Assembly (NCBI GenBank): GCA_031372565.1
Contig: JANMLN010000053.1
Span: forward strand, 1-32,282
DNA: 32,282 bases
Source: Gemmatimonadota bacterium
Lineage (GTDB): Bacteria > Gemmatimonadota > Gemmatimonadetes > Gemmatimonadales > Gemmatimonadaceae
Direction of reading: 5' to 3'
Shown: piece after piece, positions 8,504-17,600 of the stretch
Layout: every line of letters begins with the position of its first letter
How positions within the stretch are numbered: position 1 is the stretch's first letter
Position numbers and translations under genes: made by a program
The notes under the pieces: generated by a model
Database searches by the model: none
What the model was told of the DNA's origin: nothing
What the model saw: only the letters and a program-made list of their open reading frames with translations

Positions 8504-10734
8504 CCGTCGGGCCCCGCCGTCTGCTGGTAGCGGTGCTTGCAGCGATCGGGCTGTGCGGCGCCAGCGCCCGAGCACAGGACGCGACCGGTACCGTCCGCAT
8601 CGTGGTGACAGCGCAGGACGCAGCCGTGCGCGGGGCCACGGTGCGCTCCGGGCGCGTGGGAGTGCGCACGGATTCCTCCGGCATCGGCCGGCTGACGCTC
8701 CCCGCGGGACGCGCGCGGATCGTGGTGCGCCAGATCGGCTTTCGGCCCGAGACGCTGTTTGTCGACGTTGCGTTGGGCGGCGCCGCCGAGCAGCGGGTCG
8801 CGCTCCGGACCGTGGCCGCCGCCGCCGCAGAGATGGACGACATGGCCGGTATGCCGGGAATGCCGGGCATGTCGCCGGCCATGAGCATGGCGACCATGGG
8901 CGACGTCCGCGTGACGGCCACGCGTTCCGAGCGCCGGATCGAGGATGAGCCGCTGCGCGTCGAGGTCATGTCCGGTGCCATGCTCGCAGAGCAGACGCAG
9001 ATGCGCCCGCGCGACATCACGATGACGCTGGCCGAGATGGGCGGCGTCCGCATGCAGCAGACGTCGGGCGCGCTCGGGGGCACGCGCTTGCGCATCAATG
9101 GCCTGCGCGGACAGTACACGGGCCTTGTCTTCGACGGCCTCCCGCTGTTCGGCGCTTCGCCGGATGGCTTCTCGTACCTGCAGGTGGCGCCGCTCGACCT
9201 GCAGCAGGTCGAGATCATCAAGGGCGCCTCGACGGCGCTCTACGGTCCCTCGGCTCTTGGCGGTGTGCTCAACCTCGTCTCGCGCCGGCCGGATGATACG
9301 CGCGAGCTGCTGAGCGACCTGACGACGCGTGGTGGCTCTGACCTTGCGTACTGGCAGGGAGCGACGCTCGGCGACGGCTGGGGCTGGTCGCTGGCGGCGA
9401 ATGGGCACCGACAGCCGGCCTACGACGAGGACGGCGATGGGTGGGCCGACTTTCCGTTCGCCGCGCGCGCGTCAGTCCGGCCACGCCTGCACTACGAGGG
9501 CGCCGGTGGTGCGGCGCTCTACGCCACGGTCGGTGTGCTCCTCGAGGATCGTGCGGGCGGCGGGCTCTGGCCACCCGCGGTGGGCTACACCGAAACGCTG
9601 CACACGACCCGTCTCGACGGCGGGCTGTCGTGGCACCAACCGATCGACGACTCGACCCGCATCGTGTTCAAGGCGAGCTTGGCCGAGACGCGTCGCGACC
9701 AGGTCTTTGGCGGCAGCCCCGATCGCCGACGTCGACTCACGGCCTACGGCGAAGTGGCGTGGGCGGCGCAGCGCGGAGCCGCGGAATGGCTGCTGGGCGG
9801 CGCGTGGCAGCACGACGCGCTCGACGCGCGCGATGCCGCGGCACTGGGTTTCGCCTTTGACGCGCCCGCCGTGTTCGCGCAGCACACGTGGACCCCGTCG
9901 GGCGCCTGGGCAACACAGGTGAGCGCACGGTGCGATGCGCACAGCGCCTACGGACTCCAGTGTGCACCGCGCGCGTCGGTGCGGTGGAAGCCGGTCACCG
10001 GCTGGAGCACGCGGCTCTCGGTGGGAGAAGGGTGGTTCGCGCCGACGCCCCTCACCGACGAGAGCGACGCGGTCGGGCTGTTGCGTATCGATCCCTCGAC
10101 GGTGAGCGCCGAGCGCGCACGCACCGTCTCGCTCGACTTCGGCGGCCAGCCGCTCGGGATCGAGATGAATCTCACGCTCGCATTGTCGCGGATCGACAAT
10201 CCCGTCCTCGGCGTGCCGGTCAGCGTCGGTGGCGTGGGCAAGCTGCGGTACCTGAATGCCTCCGGGCCTGCCACCACGCGCGCCGTGGAGTTCTTTGCCG
10301 AACGCCGCGTGGGTGCATGGGGCGCGCGCGTTCTCTACGGCTTCCTCGATGCCACGTTCGTCGATCCGATCGATGCGATGGGCAAGACGGCCGCGCTCGT
10401 GCCGCGTCACTCTGCCGGCGCGGGGCTCGAGTACGAGCGTGAAGGCGGAGCGCGCCTGAGCCTCGACGCGTACTACACAGGGACGCAGCGCCTCGAGGGG
10501 CATCCCACGCGCACGGAGAGTCCGCCGTACACGCTGGTCTGTCTGCTGTGGGCGCAGCCGTTGCGACCCGGGCTCGAACTCTGGATCAACGGGGAGAATC
10601 TCGTTGACGCCCGCCAGACGAACCTCGATGGCGTGCGGCTTGTCGCCCCCGACGCGCTGGGCCGGCGCACGCTGCCGGTGTGGGGACCGCTCGAGGGACG
10701 TGTGCTTAGCGTCGGGCTGCGTGCACGCTGGTAG
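8500..10734 (+). CDS. TonB-dependent outer-membrane receptor with an N-terminal extension and a Met-rich linker
   Basis: Signal peptide ending ARA-QD, an N-terminal beta domain, TonB-box-like VRVTATR, plug motifs (RINGL, QVEIIKGASTALYG..ALGGVLNLVS) and barrel end GRVLSVGLRARW. The start is uncertain (CTG 8500 or GTG 8533). Confidence 0.9.
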   Translation: MTVGPRRLLVAVLAAIGLCGASARAQDATGTVRIVVTAQDAAVRGATVRSGRVGVRTDSSGIGRLTLPAGRARIVVRQIGFRPETLFVDVALGGAAEQRVALRTVAAAAAEMDDMAGMPGMPGMSPAMSMATMGDVRVTATRSERRIEDEPLRVEVMSGAMLAEQTQMRPRDITMTLAEMGGVRMQQTSGALGGTRLRINGLRGQYTGLVFDGLPLFGASPDGFSYLQVAPLDLQQVEIIKGASTALYGPSALGGVLNLVSRRPDDTRELLSDLTTRGGSDLAYWQGATLGDGWGWSLAANGHRQPAYDEDGDGWADFPFAARASVRPRLHYEGAGGAALYATVGVLLEDRAGGGLWPPAVGYTETLHTTRLDGGLSWHQPIDDSTRIVFKASLAETRRDQVFGGSPDRRRRLTAYGEVAWAAQRGAAEWLLGGAWQHDALDARDAAALGFAFDAPAVFAQHTWTPSGAWATQVSARCDAHSAYGLQCAPRASVRWKPVTGWSTRLSVGEGWFAPTPLTDESDAVGLLRIDPSTVSAERARTVSLDFGGQPLGIEMNLTLALSRIDNPVLGVPVSVGGVGKLRYLNASGPATTRAVEFFAERRVGAWGARVLYGFLDATFVDPIDAMGKTAALVPRHSAGAGLEYEREGGARLSLDAYYTGTQRLEGHPTRTESPPYTLVCLLWAQPLRPGLELWINGENLVDARQTNLDGVRLVAPDALGRRTLPVWGPLEGRVLSVGLRARW

Positions 10735-10755
10735 GGCGCGTCGCGTCCGGACATT

Positions 10756-10865
10756 GTAGGATTGTGACATGCCCGAAGCCCGACTCCGCATCCGTCCCGG
10801 CGGCCCCGAGGATCACGCCGCCGTCCTCGAGATGGCGACCCGACTCTCCGACTTCCCCGTGCCGT
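10756..10865 (+). pseudogene. Truncated duplicate of the GNAT 5' end (upstream bases plus 32 codons)
   Basis: Matches 21484-21593 over 110 bp with 3 mismatches by eye; encodes the identical MPEARLRIRPGGPEDHAAVLEMATRLSDFPVP. Confidence 0.92.
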
Positions 10866-11150
10866 ATGCAGCAACTGTGGGATGTCGTGCAGACCAAGCA
10901 CATCAAGCGCCAGGTCCCGGTGAAGAACCTCGATGTCGGCAAGGACATCTCCGCGGGCGGCGACACGGTCAAGCGCGAGATCAAGCTCAAGATGGCGCTC
11001 GATGGCGAGACCGCAAAGAAGGTGCAGGCGGCCAGCCAGGGCGATCAGGTACGCATCTCGGGGCCAGATCGCGACGACCTGCAGCAGGCCATGACCTTGC
11101 TCCGCAGCCAGGACTTCGGCATCGCACTCAAGTTCGGGAACTACCGCTGA
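10866..11150 (+). pseudogene. yajQ: 5'-truncated, internally deleted yajQ copy
   Basis: Aligns to 8183-8503 with about 13 substitutions and a 36-bp deletion between AAGAAGGTG direct repeats; ends in the same FGNYR stop. Confidence 0.92.
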
Positions 11151-11225
11151 TCGCCCGCTGGCCGGCGTCCTGCCTGCGGGGCCGGCCATGCGGTCATCCA
11201 TTTCTCGCTCGCATCGGATGTGATC

Positions 11226-11600
11226 ATGACACGCCTCTTCCGCACCGCGCTGACTGCGTTCGTGCTCGTCCCCTTCGCGGTCGCGCCCGCGCACCCGAAG
11301 TTGCTGTCGTCAGTGCCGGCAGCCGGCAGTCGTGCGGCCGCGCCTCGCCAGCTCTCGCTCACCTTCAACGAGACCGTCACGCCGGCATTGAGTCGCATCG
11401 CCCTCACCAACGAGCGGCAACAGGTGATCGAGCTGGGCGCGGTGCGCGCGGACGCCGCCAATGATCACGTGCTCCTCGCCGACGTGAAGGGCGCGATGGC
11501 CAATGGGCGCTACACGGTGCGCTGGCAGGCGACGGGAGGCGACAGCCATCCGCTGCGCGGCTCGTACGCCTTCGAGGTTACCGCCGCACCGGCGCCCTGA
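11226..11600 (+). CDS. copC: Periplasmic copper-binding protein CopC
   Basis: Signal peptide ending APA, mature N-terminal His (HPKLLSSVP), LTFNE, YTVRW and DSHPLRGSY.F; directly upstream of copD. Alternative start GTG 11220. Confidence 0.9.
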   Translation: MTRLFRTALTAFVLVPFAVAPAHPKLLSSVPAAGSRAAAPRQLSLTFNETVTPALSRIALTNERQQVIELGAVRADAANDHVLLADVKGAMANGRYTVRWQATGGDSHPLRGSYAFEVTAAPAP

Positions 11601-12583
11601 TGCCCGGTGCCGCTCCGCAGGACAGCGCCGAGTCGGCGGTCTTCGGAGTCGAGTCGTCGCTCTACGTCCTGATCCGCATCGCGCATCTGGCCGCGGTGAT
11701 GACCCTCTTCGGTGCCATCGTGATGCGACTCGTCGTCGCTCCCCGGGCGGCACGACGGTCGGCCGTCTCGGCGTCGTTCGCCGCCGCGCTCGCTCATCGG
11801 CTGGACCGGACAATGTTCTCGGCGTCGCTCGCGCTGGCCGTGATCACGGTGGTGCGGCTCGCGGCGCAGCACGCCGCCCTGTTCGGGGTCGGGGAGTCAT
11901 GGACGGGCGACTCCCTCGGCGCACTGCTGTGGCACTCCGCGTGGGGGCGTGGATGGTGCCTCGCGTGGCTCGGCGTCGTCGCCGGGTTGGGAGGCGCGCG
12001 GATGTCCGGACAGCTGCAGCGGTGGGGGCTGCTCGTTGTTGCCATGGTGGCCACCGCCGTGAGTCTCGGCTACTCGGGACACCCCGCCGGCGCGCCGTCC
12101 CCGCTGATCGCGATCTTCGTGGATGCGCTGCATGTGGCCGGCGCCGGCGCTTGGCTGGGTGGTGTGGGCGGCCTCGTCCTCATCGGGGTCCCGCTCGCTC
12201 TCCACTGGAGGGAGGATGGCGGGCATCCGGCGCTCGCGGATCTGGTGGCCGCCTTCACGCCGGTCGCGCTCGCGGGCGCCGCGTTGGTCGGGGTCTCGGG
12301 GAGCGTCGCCGCATGGCGCAACGTCGGGTCGGTCGACCTCCTGCTGGCGAACCCATACGGACGCTGGCTGCTCGCCAAGCTTGCCGCGCTCGTCGCCGCC
12401 GCCTCCCTGGGCGCCTACAACTGGCGGCGGGTCGGTCCGTCGTTGGGTGATGCGCCCGGCACGCGCCGACTGAGGCGCGTCGCGAGTCTGGAGCTGGCGG
12501 CCATGCTGGTGGCGCTGCTCATCACGGCCGTGCTGGTGGCCACGCCGCTCCCTGAGGACTTCGCGGTCACGCGTACACCATAG
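11600..12583 (+). CDS. copD: CopD family inner-membrane copper protein
   Basis: About 8 TM helices, SGHPA, DALHV.GAGAWLGG and PYGRWLLAKL; overlaps the copC stop. Confidence 0.85.
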   Translation: MPGAAPQDSAESAVFGVESSLYVLIRIAHLAAVMTLFGAIVMRLVVAPRAARRSAVSASFAAALAHRLDRTMFSASLALAVITVVRLAAQHAALFGVGESWTGDSLGALLWHSAWGRGWCLAWLGVVAGLGGARMSGQLQRWGLLVVAMVATAVSLGYSGHPAGAPSPLIAIFVDALHVAGAGAWLGGVGGLVLIGVPLALHWREDGGHPALADLVAAFTPVALAGAALVGVSGSVAAWRNVGSVDLLLANPYGRWLLAKLAALVAAASLGAYNWRRVGPSLGDAPGTRRLRRVASLELAAMLVALLITAVLVATPLPEDFAVTRTP

Positions 12584-12622
12584 CTTCAGGAAAGCGGTTC
12601 CTCGCGGCTGGGAGCGCGTCCA

Positions 12623-14698
12623 ATGGAGCATGAGCATGAGCATGCGCGTGACGCGCACGGCGCGCACGGCGGGCACGCCGCGCACGCCGCGCACGCCGCG
12701 CACGCCGCGCACGCCGCCCACGACGCACACGCCGGACACTCCGTCGCGATGTTTCGCGACAAGTTCTGGATCACCGCTGCGCTGACGATCCCCATACTCG
12801 TGTGGGGCAGCATGCTGCCTCATGCGCTTGGCTTCGCGCCGCTCCACTTCCCGGGCTCGGCGCTGCTGTCGCCCGTGCTGGGCACCATCATCTTCGCCTA
12901 CGGAGGCTGGCCGTTCCTCCAGGGCGCCGTGCGTGAACTGCGTGAGCGCGCGCCCGGCATGATGACGCTCATCGCCATCGCGATCTCCGTCGCCTTCGCC
13001 TTCAGCATGGCCGTGGCCTTCGGCTTTCCGGGCATGCCGCTCTGGGAGGAGCTCGCCACGCTCGTGACGATCATGCTCCTCGGCCACTGGCTGGAGATGC
13101 GCTCCGTGTCGCAGGCGCAGGGGGCGCTCGGCGAGCTCGCCAAGCTGCTTCCGGCCACGGCCGTTCGAGTCACCGGTGCGCTCGATGCGGAGCACGCCGA
13201 GGACGTACCGGTGACGGACCTTCACGACGGCGAGACGGTCCTCATTCGCCCGGGCGCGGCGGTGCCTGCCGATGGCACGGTCCTGACCGGCGAGAGTGCG
13301 GTCAACGAGTCGCTCGTCACCGGCGAGTCGGCGCCCGTGGCCAAGACGGTTGGCGCGGCCGTCATCGCCGGCACCGTCAACGGCGCGGGCTCGCTGCGCG
13401 TGAAGGTCACCGGCACCGGCGATCATACGGCGCTCGCCGGCATCATGCGCTTGGTGGCCGCCGCGCAGGCCTCGCGTTCGCGTGCCCAGATGCTGGCCGA
13501 CCGTGCGGCGTTCTGGCTCACCTGGATCGCACTGGGATCCGGTGCACTGACCTTCGCGGCGTGGATGCTCTCGGGCGCGGGCGCCGCCGCGTCCATCGAA
13601 CGTCTCGTGACGGTACTCGTGATCGCGTGCCCGCATGCGCTCGGCCTCGCGGTGCCGCTCGTGCTCGCGATCTCCACCACCTTGGGCGCACGCAACGGCC
13701 TCCTGGTGCGTGACCGGCGCGGGTTGGAGGAGGCACGCAACCTCACCACGGTCGTCTTCGACAAGACCGGCACCCTCACGCTCGGCGCGCACCGCGTCGT
13801 CGGCATGCGCACCGTCGGCGGGCTCGCCGAGGATGACGCGCTGCGTCTCGCCGCCGCGGTGGAGCGCGACGCGGAACATTCGGTCGCGCGCGCCATTGTT
13901 GCGACGGCGGAGGAACGCAAGCTCGCCGTGAGCGCATCCACCGGCTTCGAGGCGATCCCGGGGCGCGGCGCACGGGCCATCGTGGACGGGCGGACGTTGT
14001 CTGTCGGCGGCCCCAACCTGCTCGCCGATGGATCCGTCACCCCCGCACCCGAGCTGGCCACGTTCGCCGCCGAGGCCGCCACGCGTGGTGAGGGCGCTCT
14101 CTATCTCCTGGAGGAGGGCCATACGCTGGCCGCGTTCTCTGTCGCGGACGCGATCCGTCCCGAATCCGCCGAAGCGGTGAAGCGGCTCCACGATGCCGGC
14201 ATCGAGGTGGTGATGATGACGGGGGATGCCGAGGCCGTCGCGCAGGCCGTGGCGCGAACGCTCGGCATCGAGGTGGTGCTGGCGCAGGTGCTTCCCGACG
14301 GGAAGGCCGCGCGCATCGAGGAGTTGAAGGCCAAGGGCAAGCGCGTCGCGATGGTCGGCGACGGGGTGAACGACGCCCCGGCGCTCGTCACGGCGAATGT
14401 CGGCATCGCGATCGGCGCCGGCACGCAGGTGGCCGTCGAGGCGGGGGACATCGTCCTCGTGCGCAGTGACCCGCGTGACGTCGCGCGCATCATCACGCTC
14501 TCGCGCGCCACGTATCGCAAGATGGTCCAGAACCTCTGGTGGGCCGCGGGCTACAACGTCGTGGCGATTCCGCTCGCGGCCGGGGTGCTCGCACCGTGGG
14601 GCATCGTGTTGACGCCGGCCGTGGGCGCGGTGCTCATGTCCTGCAGCACGATCGTCGTCGCGATCAACGCGCAGCTGTTGCGACGGGCTCGGCTGTAG
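12623..14698 (+). CDS. copB: Copper-translocating P1B-type ATPase, CopB/P1B-3 subtype
   Basis: His-rich N-terminus, TGES, CPHALGLA, DKTGT, GDGVNDAP, YN and MSCST. Confidence 0.92.
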   Translation: MEHEHEHARDAHGAHGGHAAHAAHAAHAAHAAHDAHAGHSVAMFRDKFWITAALTIPILVWGSMLPHALGFAPLHFPGSALLSPVLGTIIFAYGGWPFLQGAVRELRERAPGMMTLIAIAISVAFAFSMAVAFGFPGMPLWEELATLVTIMLLGHWLEMRSVSQAQGALGELAKLLPATAVRVTGALDAEHAEDVPVTDLHDGETVLIRPGAAVPADGTVLTGESAVNESLVTGESAPVAKTVGAAVIAGTVNGAGSLRVKVTGTGDHTALAGIMRLVAAAQASRSRAQMLADRAAFWLTWIALGSGALTFAAWMLSGAGAAASIERLVTVLVIACPHALGLAVPLVLAISTTLGARNGLLVRDRRGLEEARNLTTVVFDKTGTLTLGAHRVVGMRTVGGLAEDDALRLAAAVERDAEHSVARAIVATAEERKLAVSASTGFEAIPGRGARAIVDGRTLSVGGPNLLADGSVTPAPELATFAAEAATRGEGALYLLEEGHTLAAFSVADAIRPESAEAVKRLHDAGIEVVMMTGDAEAVAQAVARTLGIEVVLAQVLPDGKAARIEELKAKGKRVAMVGDGVNDAPALVTANVGIAIGAGTQVAVEAGDIVLVRSDPRDVARIITLSRATYRKMVQNLWWAAGYNVVAIPLAAGVLAPWGIVLTPAVGAVLMSCSTIVVAINAQLLRRARL
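12626..12739 (+). repeat. Coding microsatellites in the ATPase N-terminus: (GAGCAT)x3 and (CACGCCGCG)x4 plus degenerate units
   Basis: GAGCAT x3 at 12626-12643; CACGCCGCG x4 at 12674-12709 followed by CACGCCGCC. Confidence 0.9.
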
Positions 14699-17600
14699 TT
14701 CTCGCACGCACGAGCTGCCGTTCGCGCCACAGCGAGTAGACGGCGGGAATGACGACGAGCGTGAGCACGGTGCTGGAGATCATGCCGCCGACCATCGGCG
14801 CGGCGATGCGGCGCATCACGCTGCTGCCGGTGCCCGAGCCCCAGAGGATCGGCAGCAACCCGGCCATGATCGCTGTCACGGTCATCATCTTCGGTCGTAC
14901 GCGCTCCACCGCGCCCTCGACGATCGCCTCGCGGAGGTCGGCCACCGAGGGTACGCGCCCCGCGCCCGAGCGCGCCTTCCAGGCGTGGTCCAGGTACAGC
15001 AGCATGACCACGCCCGTCTCGGCGGCCACGCCGGTGAGCGCGATGAAGCCGATCGCCACCGCGACCGACCAGTTGAAGCCGAGCGCCCACGTGAGCCAGA
15101 GACCGCCGACCAGCGCGAACGGCAGCGACAGCATCACCAGCAGCGCCTCGCCCACGCTGCCGAAGTTCAGGAACAGGAGGAGGAAGATGAGGGCGAGCGT
15201 CGCAGGCACCACCACGCGCAGTCGCGCCTTCGCCCGCTCCATGTACTCGAACTGCCCGCTCCACTGGAGCGTGTAGCCCGCAGGCAGCACCACCTGCGCC
15301 GCGACCGTGCGCTGCGCGTCGGCCACGAACGCGCCGATGTCGCGACCGGTCACGTCCACGTACACCCACGCGGTCGGCTGCGCCCCCTCCGTGCGGACGA
15401 CCATCGGTCCGGCCACGCGGCGAATCGTCGCGACCTGGCCGAGGGGCACGTACGCCGTGCGCGGAGAAGCTGACGTGCGCGGCGTGGCGCCCTCGTTCAT
15501 GGAGCTGCTGCCTGGCGCCGCCCCCATGGCCCCCCCGACGCCGTGCAGCACCGGCACCAGCACATCTTCGAGGCGCTCGGGCGTGTCGCGCAACTCCTGC
15601 GGGTATCGCACCCGCACGGCATACCGCTCCCGCCCCTCGACCGCCTGCGTCACCGTCATCCCGCCGACCGCGGCAGCGATGACCGTCTGCACGTCGCCGA
15701 CGTTGAGTCCATGCTGCGCGGCGGCCGCGCGATCGATCGTGATGTCGAGGTAGTAGCCGCCCGCCGCGCGCTCCGCGAACGCGCTCCGCGTCCCCGGCAC
15801 GGCCTGCACCGCCGCCTCGACGAGCCGCGCGATTCGCTCGAGTTCCGCCAGGTCCGGGCCATACACCTTGATCCCCACGGGCGTCCGGATTCCTGTCGCC
15901 AGCATGTCGATGCGCCCGCGAATCGGCTGCGTCCACGCCGTGCGCACGCCCGGCGAGCGCACCGCGGAATCCATCTCGGCCACGAGCCGTTCGGACGTCA
16001 TGCCCGCCCGCCACGCTGCGGGCGGTCGCAGCACGATCGTCGTCTCGAACATCTCGAGTCCCGCCGGGTCCGTGGCCGTGCCCGCGCGCCCGGCCTTGCC
16101 GAACACGCTGGCCACCTCGGGAAACGATTTCAGGATCGCGTCCTGCTGGCGCAGCAGTTCGCGGGCACGCGCGATGCTCACGCCGGGCATCGTCGTCGGC
16201 ATGAAGAGCAGCGTCCCCTCGTCGAGCGGCGGCATGAACTCGCTGCCCACGCGCTGCCACGGGATCCACGAGAGGAGGAGCACCACCGCAGCGCCGCCGA
16301 TCACGGCCCATCGCCGCGCGAGCACCATCGCGATCACCGGCCGGTAGAGCCCGACCAGCGCGCGGTTGACCGGGTTGTCGCGCTCGGCGCGGATCCGCCC
16401 GCGAACGAGCAGCCCCATGGCCACCGGCACGAGCGTCACGGACAGCAACGCCGCCGAAGCCATGGCGAGCGTCTTCGTGAGCGCCAACGGCGTGAACAGC
16501 CGTCCTTCCTGTCCCTCGAGGGCGAAGACGGGCAGGAAGCTCACCGTGATGATCAGCAGCGAGACGAACAGCGCCGGGCCGACCTCGGCGGCCGATTCGC
16601 CCACCACGCGCCAGCGCGTGGTCGCATCCAGCCGCCCGATGTCGAGTCGGCCCCCGTCGCCCGACTCTGCGGGGAGCGCCACGAGGACGCGTTCGAGGTG
16701 CTTGTGCAGGTTCTCGATCATGACGATGGCCGCATCGATCATGGCGCCGATCGCGATCGCGATGCCGCCGAGCGACATGATGTCGGCGCCGACACCGGCC
16801 ACGCGCATGCCGGCGAAGGCCAGCAGGATGCCCACCGGCAGTGTCAGGATCGCGACCAGCGCACTCCGGGCATGCAGCAGGAAGATGATGCAGACGAGCG
16901 CCACCACGAGCGATTCCTCGAGCAGCGTGCGGCGCAGCGTGCCGATGGCGCGCTCGATCAGCTCCGACCGATCGTAGACCGCGCGGACCACGACGCCCGG
17001 TGGGAGGCTGGACTGCACCTCGGCGAGTCGCGCGCGCACGCGCTCGATGGTCGCGAGCGCGTTCTCTCCCTGCCGCATGATCACGATGCCACCCACGACG
17101 TCGCCGCGGCCGTCGAGATCGGCGAGGCCCCGCCGCGCGGCCGGGCCGATCGTCACGCGCGCAAGGTCCGCCACGCGGATGGGCGTTCCCGCTTCCGTTG
17201 CGCCGACGACCACATCCTCGATATCCCGCATGCCGTGCAGGTAGCCGAGTCCGCGCACCATGTACTCGCGCTCGCTCAGCTCGAGCACCATCGCGCCGAC
17301 GTCCGCGTTGCCATTCGCGATCGCCGCCATCACCTGCCCGATCGCGAGCCCGTACGCCTGCAGCCGGTCCGGATCCACGTCCACCTGGTACTGCTTCTCG
17401 AATCCCCCCACGCTCGCGACTTCGGCCACGCCCGGCACGGCGGTCAGCGCGTAGCGCAGCGACCAGTCCTGCAGCGATCGCAGCTCCGCGAGATCGCGAC
17501 GCCCGGTCGTGTCCTCGAGCACGTACTGGAACACCCACCCGAGGCCGGTCGCATCGGGGCCGAGGCGCGGTGACGCGCCCACCGGCAGGCGCTCGCGGAT

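Noticed and set aside
8183..11150. yajQ or GNAT duplicates as a DGR template/variable pair or as prophage att sites
   Set aside because: Differences are not adenine-specific, and no reverse transcriptase, integrase or phage genes are present.
10764..11464. Track ORFs 10764-11150 and 10769-11464 as a functional GNAT-YajQ fusion
   Set aside because: The two parts are joined out of frame (97 nt from the GNAT ATG to the yajQ ATG), so each ORF is half nonsense.
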